This document shows positions 56,737 through 64,000 of a stretch of 64,000 nucleotides of DNA, piece by piece; the first letter of the stretch is position 1; each line of letters starts with the position of its first letter. Location: positions 11,903 to 75,902 of the forward strand of contig WSZJ01000037.1 of the NCBI GenBank assembly GCA_009773755.1. Direction: 5' to 3'. A program made the translations under genes and the position numbers. Under the pieces are notes generated by a model, which worked only from the letters and a program-made list of their open reading frames with translations, was not told the DNA's origin and did not search any database. Origin of the DNA: Planctomycetota bacterium. GTDB lineage: Bacteria; Planctomycetota; MHYJ01; WSZJ01.

Positions 56737-57871
56737 GCGCGACTTCGGGCAGGTTTACGAAAAGGCGGGGCGTCCGGGTTTCTACGTTCGCCTTCGCTGG
56801 CGCGGTCTTTCGCTGAAGCGCCACGCGGGACCGTCGCGAGAGAACGCGACAAGCAAGCTGGCGAAACTCCACGTGAAGCTGGAAAACGGCGTCCCCTTTG
56901 ATGATGCCGTGGCCGAAGTCTTCGGGGGCGGGAAGGCGAACCGGCTTTCGTTCCGGGATGCGTCGGCGCTGTTCATGCAGTACCGGGAAGGGCGCGTGAA
57001 GGAGTCCACCTTTCACGGGGACAAGGGGCGCTTCCAGCTTTTGAATTCCTCGCCGTGGGCGTCGAAGTCCCTCCCCGACTTGCGGCCCGTGGACTTCATG
57101 CGTTGGACGGAAGACCGGCGGCGGAAAGTGTCGGGCGCTACGATCAATCGCGACCTGGCCCTCGCTTCGGCGCTCTTCCGTTGGGCGGAGAAAATGGGAT
57201 ACGCGAAAGAAAACCCGCTCCGGCGCGTGGAGAAATTCTCCGAACGCGGGCGGGCTCGGGAAACGTATCTCACGGCGGAGGAATCGCGGGCGCTTGTGGA
57301 CGCCGCGAACCCGATCATGCGGCCTGTGCTGGCGGCGGCGCTTTCGACCGGAGCCCGGCGCGGCGAATTGCTCCGCCTGTGCTGGCGCGACGTGGACTTC
57401 GACCGGAAGGAAATCATCATCCGGGCGGAGAATGAGAAGTCCGGGCGCGGGCGCGTCGTTCCGCTCACGGTGGACCTGCTCGCGGAATTGCTCGCGCTTC
57501 GCAAGGGCCGGACGGTGAAGGCGCTTGAAGGGAACGATCCGGTCTTCCTTCAGGCGAACGGCGCGGCGCTCACGGGCGAAGTCTTGCGGAAGGGACTCCC
57601 CGCCGCCCTTCGCGCTTGCACGGCGATCCCAGCGGAGAAGAAGCCCAAGGTTTGCTTCCACTCACTCCGCCACTCATGCGCTTCGATGATGGTCGCGGCG
57701 GGCGTCCCGCTCTTCGACGTGGCGAAAATCCTCGGCCACTCCACGCTGGCCGTGACGATGCGCTACTCTCACTTCGCTCCCGAGAGTGGCCGGTCCGCCG
57801 TGGAGAAACTCGGGAAGGCCCTCGGGCTTTCCGGCTCCCCCGCCGTCGAAAGCGGGGCGTCGGCCCTGTGA
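56729..57871 (+). CDS. int: Tyrosine recombinase/integrase
   Basis: TGARRGELL (R), FHSLRHS (HxxR), LGHST (H), MRYSH (Y); adjacent to att. Confidence 0.95.
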   Translation: MRRRDFGQVYEKAGRPGFYVRLRWRGLSLKRHAGPSRENATSKLAKLHVKLENGVPFDDAVAEVFGGGKANRLSFRDASALFMQYREGRVKESTFHGDKGRFQLLNSSPWASKSLPDLRPVDFMRWTEDRRRKVSGATINRDLALASALFRWAEKMGYAKENPLRRVEKFSERGRARETYLTAEESRALVDAANPIMRPVLAAALSTGARRGELLRLCWRDVDFDRKEIIIRAENEKSGRGRVVPLTVDLLAELLALRKGRTVKALEGNDPVFLQANGAALTGEVLRKGLPAALRACTAIPAEKKPKVCFHSLRHSCASMMVAAGVPLFDVAKILGHSTLAVTMRYSHFAPESGRSAVEKLGKALGLSGSPAVESGASAL

Positions 57872-57966
57872 GAGAAGGCCCCCTCCCCCTCGCTTTTATG
57901 GTCCCTTCCGAGGGGACATGGGCCCCCGTAGAGGCCCCCGAGGGGGTACTGCTCGACGTAAGTCGA

Positions 57967-58040
57967 TACCCCCAGCAGGATTTGAACCTGCGACCATCGG
58001 TTTAGAAAACCGGTGCTCTTCCGGACTGAGCTATGGGGGC
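57967..58040 (-). tRNA. tRNA-Arg (anticodon TCT)
   Basis: GCCCCCA/TGGGGGT acceptor stem, GCTC/GAGC D-arm, loop TTTCTAA, GGTTCAAATCC; CCA not encoded. Confidence 0.93.
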
Positions 58041-58093
58041 GGTTTTCTGCTCTCCATAGGATAGCTCGCGCGACGAAGAGGTTCACTTTTCGG

Positions 58094-59071
58094 TCAGTAA
58101 CCCCGCTCGAGGTCGATCCGGTTGAGCGGAGGCTCGCCGCGCGCGACGCGCTCCAGGTTTTCGATGATGTCCTCCCATCGACCGAGGTCGTCGAGCGGGC
58201 TGGCGGCGCGGTGCGGGGAGAGCGTGACGTTGGGGAGTTCGTGGAAGGGCCGGTGCCAGGGGAACTTCCGCCCCTGCGCATCGGGACTGGGCCTGTAGTC
58301 ATACCAGACGTCAAGCGCCGCGCCGCCGAGAGGGCCGTTTTTCAGCGCGTCGAAGAGCGCATCTTCTTCCACGACTTCCCCGCGCGAGACGTTGACGAGG
58401 ACCAGGCCGGGCTTCGCGGCCGCGAGCGTCTCACGGTTCAGCATCCCCTTTGTTTCCGGCGTCAGCGGAATCGCCACGACGACGGCGTCGCTCGCCGCGA
58501 GAAGCGACTTCACTTCGGCAGGACCGCCGATCCATTCGAATCCAGGCTCGGGCGCCGGTGACCGCTTCACTGCCCGCACTTTCATCCCGAACGCGCGCGC
58601 GAGATCAGCGACGCGCCGCGCGATGGCGCCGAGCCCAAGCAGCCCGAGCGTCTTGCCTTCGACCAGCCCGCTCGGCCGGTCGTCCAGCCAGAGCCGCCAC
58701 TCCCCCGCCCGCATCGCGCGGTCGTGGAACGCGACCTGCTTCATCTGCGCGAGCAGCAGGGTCACCGTCGATTCCGCGACGGACCGCGCGTTGCCGTGCG
58801 AATTGCACGCCGGGATGTGGGGGAAGCGGCGGAAGAGCGGCACGTGCCACTCGGGGCCAGCGGCCGGGGTCTGGAACAGTCGAAGCCGCTTCGCCGCGTC
58901 GAGCTGCTCGGGCGAAATGCGCCAGCCGACGGCCGCATCAGCCTCGGCGACCAGCGACGGGCTCCCGAGTTCCCCGTCCGGAAACACCAGGTCGAACTGC
59001 GGGCAGCGCGACCGGAACAGGTCCCTCACGCGCGCCGGAACGTCCCACAGGAAGACGACGCGGAACGTCAC
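58094..59071 (-). CDS. D-isomer-specific 2-hydroxyacid dehydrogenase
   Basis: GLLGLGAIA, PLTPETKG, VNVSRG, AALDVW, SPHRA. Confidence 0.9.
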   Translation of the reverse strand: MTFRVVFLWDVPARVRDLFRSRCPQFDLVFPDGELGSPSLVAEADAAVGWRISPEQLDAAKRLRLFQTPAAGPEWHVPLFRRFPHIPACNSHGNARSVAESTVTLLLAQMKQVAFHDRAMRAGEWRLWLDDRPSGLVEGKTLGLLGLGAIARRVADLARAFGMKVRAVKRSPAPEPGFEWIGGPAEVKSLLAASDAVVVAIPLTPETKGMLNRETLAAAKPGLVLVNVSRGEVVEEDALFDALKNGPLGGAALDVWYDYRPSPDAQGRKFPWHRPFHELPNVTLSPHRAASPLDDLGRWEDIIENLERVARGEPPLNRIDLERGY

Positions 59072-60270
59072 TTGCGAGTCGCCGTCGCCCGCTCCTTCTT
59101 CTTCGAGCCCGTCCCCCCGGACCCGAACGGCGCGGTCTTCGGCGGCGCGGGGCTGCCGAGGAGGTTTTCGGGATTCAGGCACTCCAGCTCCGGCACGATG
59201 AAGCGCCCGTTGCGCCGGATGCACTGGTCGTCGAACCAGATCTCGCCTCCCCCGGCCTCCGGGGTCTGGATCAGCACCATGTCCCAGTGGATCTTGCTCT
59301 TGTTCCCGTTGTCCGCGATGTCGTAGGCGTTTCCGAGGGCCATGTGAAGCGAGCCCATGATCTTCTCGTCGAAAAGAATGTCGAGCATCGGCTTCTTGAT
59401 GAGCGGGTGAAACCCGATGGCAAATTCGCCGAGGTAGCGCCCGCCCTCGTCGCTGTCGAGAATCTCGTTGAGCCGCTTCGTGTCCGAGCTCGTCGCGTTG
59501 ATGACCTTGCCGTTGCGAAATTCGAGGCGGACGTTTTCGAAACGGGATCCGGTGTAGATCGTGGGGGCGTTGAAGCGGATCTTCCCGTTGACCGAGTTCT
59601 TCACGGGCGCGGTGAAGACCTCCCCGTCCGGGATGTTCTTGTCGCCGGTGCAGGGGATTGCGGGGATGCCCTTGATGGACATGGTGAGGTCGGTCTCGGG
59701 CGCTTTGATCCGCACGGTATTCGTTTTCTGCATCCGCTCGGCGAGCGGCTTCATGGCGCCCGCCATCTTCGCGTAGTCCATCGTGCAGACTTCGAAGTAG
59801 AAATCCTCGAATGCCCGCGTCGACATTCCCGCCTGCTGAGCAAACGACGGGGTCGGCCAGCGAAGGACGCACCACTTGGTGTTCGTGATGCGCCGCTTGA
59901 AATGCACGGGCTGCATGTAATGCGTCTGGTACCACTGCATGGGCCCGTTCGGCACGTCGCTGATTTCAGCCACATTGTTCGATCCGCGGAGCGCAATATA
60001 GGCCTGCGCTTCCTTCATGAGCGCGAGATCCGCGGCGCCATGGGCCTTCCAGGTTTCCTCTTTCGCATTAATCAGAAGCGCCCTCGTGACCTCGTTCTGC
60101 CTGATGTGAACCAGGGGAACTCCTCCGGCTGCGGAGATTTCCTCGACGACGATTCCGACGACGTCCGAAGGGATGTCGAACGCCTCGAGCAGCACTTTTT
60201 CGCCCGGCTGCACGTTACAGGAGTAGCCGACGATGGTCTTCGCGAGCTTGACGACGCGGGGATCTCTCAA
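59068..60270 (-). CDS. Aminopeptidase, M29 family (AmpS/AmpT)
   Basis: NIPDGEVFTAP, LGEFAIG, ILFDEKI, HMALG, IHWD; TTG start inferred. Confidence 0.92.
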   Translation of the reverse strand: MRDPRVVKLAKTIVGYSCNVQPGEKVLLEAFDIPSDVVGIVVEEISAAGGVPLVHIRQNEVTRALLINAKEETWKAHGAADLALMKEAQAYIALRGSNNVAEISDVPNGPMQWYQTHYMQPVHFKRRITNTKWCVLRWPTPSFAQQAGMSTRAFEDFYFEVCTMDYAKMAGAMKPLAERMQKTNTVRIKAPETDLTMSIKGIPAIPCTGDKNIPDGEVFTAPVKNSVNGKIRFNAPTIYTGSRFENVRLEFRNGKVINATSSDTKRLNEILDSDEGGRYLGEFAIGFHPLIKKPMLDILFDEKIMGSLHMALGNAYDIADNGNKSKIHWDMVLIQTPEAGGGEIWFDDQCIRRNGRFIVPELECLNPENLLGSPAPPKTAPFGSGGTGSKKKERATATRK

Positions 60271-60602
60271 GGGAACCTCTTTCGGGGAGCGGGAAGGGCG
60301 CCCAATGTAGGCCCGGTCCACGGCATCGACAAGATTCGGAGCGTCAAGGTTTCAATGGGCATCGCGGTGGACTCGGTCCGTCAAGTCGTTCTGAGCGCGA
60401 AGAGGTGGGGGTGGGTCTGGCGAAGTCGGCCCGCAAGTGCGAAGCCGTACTGTAATCTCAATCCGGGCCGACGCAGCCAGGCCCGCTCGCACCTCTTCGC
60501 GCTCACTTAACTTTCGAAGGCTACTGGACTTCAGGCTTGTCTTAGGCCGATAAATCTCTCAAAATACCTAACTTGGAAGGCTCCGCAATCACCTCGGCCA
60601 AG

Positions 60603-60968
60603 ATGCCCCCGCCGAATACCAACTACACGGATTTCCAGATTCAGGTCCTCCTGGAGCGGATCCTTCGTCGGCCGCTCTGGAAGGTGCGACGGGAAGGGCC
60701 CACTTACCTCGTGTACACCACCGCTCATGAGCAACCTGTGCGGGTCCCGCATTTCGAGCTGGCGGAGAGCATGGCGAACGGCAATGTCCGCGCCACTCCG
60801 GCCCTGCAGAAAACGCTGCTCGCTTTTCAGAACACCGGCATTCCCGATAAGGAAGGCAACGACATCACGGGCCGGTTCACTCCGCCGACGCAGAAACCCG
60901 CCGGCTTCTCGATTTTCCGGCTTTTCGGCGGCAAGGGGAACGGAAACGGTTCCACTCCACCCGAATAG
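60603..60968 (+). CDS. Hypothetical protein
   Basis: ORF filling the intergenic gap; no motif. Confidence 0.45.
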   Translation: MPPPNTNYTDFQIQVLLERILRRPLWKVRREGPTYLVYTTAHEQPVRVPHFELAESMANGNVRATPALQKTLLAFQNTGIPDKEGNDITGRFTPPTQKPAGFSIFRLFGGKGNGNGSTPPE

Positions 60969-61027
60969 GAACCGCGCCGAGGCTTTGCGTTGCCCCCTTC
61001 CGCCCTTGACGATAGGCTTCCCAACCC

Positions 61028-62086
61028 ATGAAACCCCGGAAATCTCCTAAACCCGCCCGTGCGCGGAAGCCCGCGGGTAGCCGGGACCTCTCGTCGCTGC
61101 TGCTCGACATCAGCAAGCGCTGGCTTTCCTCGCTGGACCCCGCGGTCCTGCTCCCCGAAATCGTCGACCTCACGCGCACCTTTTTCGGCGTGTCGGATAC
61201 GACGCTGCTCATGCTCGACCACGAAGGCCGGGAGTTCGTCCAGCATCTCGCCAGCGGGCCTCACTACGGCAAGCTGGACCGGAAGTTCTTCCAGCGAATC
61301 CGCACCGAGGGCGTCACCGGGTGGGTCGCTTCCCATCGCAAGCCACTCATCGTCAACGACACCGCCAAGGACAAACGGTACGTCGGTAACACTTCGACGC
61401 ACAAATCGGAGCTCGCGGTCCCCGTCATGGCGGAAGGACGGCTGCTGGGCGTGCTGAACCTGGAATCGGCCCTGAAAAACGCGTTCAACAAGGAGCACGT
61501 GGCACTCCTTGAAATGATGGCGGCACAGTGCGCCATCGCGCTCCGGAACGCGGAGGTCTACGAAATCGAACGGCGCAGGGCCCAGCAGTGCGAAGCGCTC
61601 TATCACATTTCGAGGATCGGAGGCGGGGTTCTGCCGCCGATGACGGTGGTGCAGCGCGCGGTGGAAGTGATCAACGGGCTCCTTGAGTGCTTCTACGTCG
61701 GGCTCTTCCATGGCGACTACGACCGCGAGGAACTGGTCCTTGTCGCGCAGCGGTGCAAGGGAGAGATCGACGTGGTTCCCGGGGCGACTCAAAAATTCAC
61801 GGTGGGCCTGATCGGCTACGCGTTCAGGCTCGGAGAAACGGTGCACGTCCGCGACGTCTCCAAGAACGAAACGTATGTGGCGCGCATCCCGGGCGTTCAG
61901 TCGGAAATCTGCGTGCCCCTCCGGATCGGAGACCGGTGCCTCGGAATTCTCGATGCGCAGTCGCAGAAAGTCGACGGCTTCGCGCCCGATGAAGTCATGT
62001 TCCTTGAAACCGTGGCGCGTTTCCTCGCGCCCGTCAGCGCACACCTGGAAGTGGGGTCAACCCGGGCCTGGTCGCCGATGCCCTAA
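61028..62086 (+). CDS. Tandem GAF-domain protein without output domain
   Basis: Two GAF motifs (SELAVPV...GVLNLES, SEICVPL...GILDAQS). Confidence 0.85.
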   Translation: MKPRKSPKPARARKPAGSRDLSSLLLDISKRWLSSLDPAVLLPEIVDLTRTFFGVSDTTLLMLDHEGREFVQHLASGPHYGKLDRKFFQRIRTEGVTGWVASHRKPLIVNDTAKDKRYVGNTSTHKSELAVPVMAEGRLLGVLNLESALKNAFNKEHVALLEMMAAQCAIALRNAEVYEIERRRAQQCEALYHISRIGGGVLPPMTVVQRAVEVINGLLECFYVGLFHGDYDREELVLVAQRCKGEIDVVPGATQKFTVGLIGYAFRLGETVHVRDVSKNETYVARIPGVQSEICVPLRIGDRCLGILDAQSQKVDGFAPDEVMFLETVARFLAPVSAHLEVGSTRAWSPMP

Positions 62087-62163
62087 GGGCAGTGAGTAGT
62101 GGGTGGTCGGTAGTGGGTAGTGCGGTATTGACCGAAGACCGGCTTCGATCTGCGGCGCCTGAT

Positions 62164-63072
62164 TCAGGCCAGAAACGATTCGACGGCTTCGCGGAAGAGT
62201 TGCGGCTGCTCGATCCAGGGCATGTGCTTGGAACCGGCGATCGCGGCCACCTTGAAGCGCGGGCCCATCCGGCCGGCCGCGGCGCGCAGTTTCTCGACGG
62301 ACGCGAACGGGTCCTGATCGCCCGCCATCAGCAGCACCGGGCAGAGAGTCCGCTTCAGTTCAGTCTCTCCCGGCCCGGCGCCGCCGGATTCAGCATATTG
62401 CCGCGCGAAGTCCAGCGCTCCGGGGGATTCCAGCCACTCCACACACCGGTCGTAGTGACGGCGCGCCTCCTTCTCCGGAGGCTTCAGGAAGAACAACCCG
62501 TCCCGCAGCCGGCGCTGCTCGTCGAGCGTCCTCGCGGGCCCCGTTGAAGGTGCCCGGAGCACCCGCGCCCGCGCTTCCTCCGGTGCCTCGCCCCACGCGG
62601 TGCCGACCGTGATCAGACGCCGCACGCGCCCAGGAAAGGCGTACGCGAACGCGGCCGCGACATATCCCCCGTGCGAGTGCCCGAGCACCTCGACCGCCTC
62701 CAGACCCAGTGTCGTCAGCACCGCAGCCACGTCGTGCACGTCCCGGTCAAGCCCCACCGGTTGCCGCGTCCGGCTCATGCACCTGCCGCGCAGATCCACA
62801 TAGATCAACCGCCGCTTCGAAGCCAGCACCGACATCCCCGGATGAAATGCGCGGTGATCGAAGTCAGGGCCGCCGTGCAGGAGGAGAAGCGGCGGCCCGG
62901 TCCCCTCCGTCTCGACCCAGAGGTTGACTTCGCCCGCGCCCTTGAAACCCCGCTCGGTGACCGGCGCGTAATCGCACGCGAAGAAAAACCTGCCGCCGTC
63001 GTGAAAGCCCTTACCCGGCGACGTCGGGGGTCGCGAGTCGTGTTTGCCGGGCGTTGAACTCTGGTGAGACAT
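62164..63072 (-). CDS. Alpha/beta hydrolase (proline iminopeptidase-like); start uncertain
   Basis: LLHGGP, GHSHGG nucleophile elbow, GDQD, KHMPWIEQP. Confidence 0.85.
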   Translation of the reverse strand: MSHQSSTPGKHDSRPPTSPGKGFHDGGRFFFACDYAPVTERGFKGAGEVNLWVETEGTGPPLLLLHGGPDFDHRAFHPGMSVLASKRRLIYVDLRGRCMSRTRQPVGLDRDVHDVAAVLTTLGLEAVEVLGHSHGGYVAAAFAYAFPGRVRRLITVGTAWGEAPEEARARVLRAPSTGPARTLDEQRRLRDGLFFLKPPEKEARRHYDRCVEWLESPGALDFARQYAESGGAGPGETELKRTLCPVLLMAGDQDPFASVEKLRAAAGRMGPRFKVAAIAGSKHMPWIEQPQLFREAVESFLA

Positions 63073-63138
63073 GAAACCTTCAGGACCCTTTGAATCGCTG
63101 CGCCGGCAGGCGGTCGCCGGCGCGCTTCCTTCCGCAGA

Positions 63139-63214
63139 GGTGGGTAACGGGATTTGAACCCGCAACGTTCAGAGCCACAATCTGATGCTCTAGCCAAGTT
63201 GAGCTATACCCACC
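63139..63214 (-). tRNA. tRNA-His (anticodon GTG)
   Basis: G-1/C73, GTGGGTA/TACCCAC acceptor stem, loop TTGTGGC, GGTTCAAATCCC. Confidence 0.95.
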
Positions 63215-63359
63215 GTGATTCGTCGGGATTTTATCCCGCTGGGAGGGAAGGGGCAAGAACTGGGCATTGATTCGATTGTGGTGGAGGCCCGGGGCATGCC
63301 CCGGGCGCACTTCCGCTATGAGGGTCAGACCAAAGTGATGAATCAACTCCTCTCAACCG

Positions 63360-64000
63360 CTAGAGCTTTTTCCCCTTTGCCGCCGGGTCGGTATCCGCGG
63401 GGAAAATCTCGCTGTCGGTCCGCCGGGGAGTCGCCTTGAAGATCTCCGGGAACATGCGCTGCATGTATTTTTCGAGCGTCACGTTCGTGGGGCCGAAGCG
63501 GTTGTGATACATGTAATACTCGAGGTCGTACGCCATACGGCTCGCGTCCTGATAGCGGTTGTTCATGTCGCGCTGAAGGGCCTTGTTCAGGATGCGCTCG
63601 ACTTCCTCCGGGATTTCCGGGTTCACGCGCCGCGCCGGGAGAATTTCCTTGTAGACGACGTTCTCCAGGATGATCCCGGTGTTCTCGCTTCCGAACAGCG
63701 TCTGGCCCGTGAGGAGTTCCCACGCGACGATCCCGAGGGAGAAGAGGTCGCTGCGGCCGTCGGTCTGCATGTACTGGGCCTGCTCGGGGGACATGTACTG
63801 CGCCTTTCCCATGAGGACCTCGCCTTCCTGGTTCTTCATGAGATTCCGGGCCTTGGCGATGCCGAAGTCGGTGAGTTTCACGAAGCCTTCGGTGGAGATC
63901 ATGATGTTCTTGGGAGAGATGTCGCGGTGGACGACGTTGAGGAGGTTTCCCGCCCTGTCGGTCTTGCGGTGCGCGTATTCGAGGCCCCGGCAGACGCGCG
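63360..64000 (-). CDS. Ser/Thr protein kinase, C-terminal part (5' end outside window)
   Basis: VVHRDISPKNIMI, DFGIAK, YMSPEQ, DLFSLG. Confidence 0.9.
   Translation of the reverse strand, partial: RVCRGLEYAHRKTDRAGNLLNVVHRDISPKNIMISTEGFVKLTDFGIAKARNLMKNQEGEVLMGKAQYMSPEQAQYMQTDGRSDLFSLGIVAWELLTGQTLFGSENTGIILENVVYKEILPARRVNPEIPEEVERILNKALQRDMNNRYQDASRMAYDLEYYMYHNRFGPTNVTLEKYMQRMFPEIFKATPRRTDSEIFPADTDPAAKGKKL

Larger units (their letters stand above)
50297..58008. mobile_element. ~7.7 kb integrative element (phage-satellite-like) in tRNA-Arg
   Basis: 45-bp direct repeats at 50297-50341 and 57964-58008; tyrosine integrase, primase-helicase and several HTH genes. Confidence 0.92.

Noticed and set aside
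57967-58040. Amber suppressor/Pyl tRNA because CTA appears in the anticodon loop
   Set aside because: The 7-nt loop TTTCTAA places TCT (Arg) at the anticodon positions
1-64000. CRISPR array or cas genes
   Set aside because: No regularly spaced 25-45 bp repeats with unique spacers and no Cas motifs seen

Overview
High-GC bacterial chromosomal window. Gene content (many Hanks kinases, ECF sigma/zinc anti-sigma, PurS-fused PurL, secreted TPR/HEAT proteins) suggests Planctomycetota; this is inference only. It carries housekeeping genes (era, ptsI/ptsH/ptsN-like/hpf, truA, asd, purL, accA, nrdJ, tRNA-Arg(UCU), tRNA-His), signalling genes and a run of five lipoprotein genes. A ~7.7 kb integrase/primase-helicase element sits in the tRNA-Arg 3' end with a 45-bp direct repeat. 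The strongest unusual signal is two tandem, exported thioredoxin-fold paralogs (41749-43291) resembling selenoprotein N. Each is split by an in-frame TGA at the same aligned position and followed at identical spacing by a covarying hairpin (candidate SECIS). Other leads are a mini-ORF mimicking the AccA N-terminus just upstream of accA, a dif-like site at a gene-orientation switch, an orphan flavin halogenase-like gene, iteron-like repeats in the element, and recurring intergenic 7/8-mer repeat arrays. All family calls are by motif recognition, without database searches.
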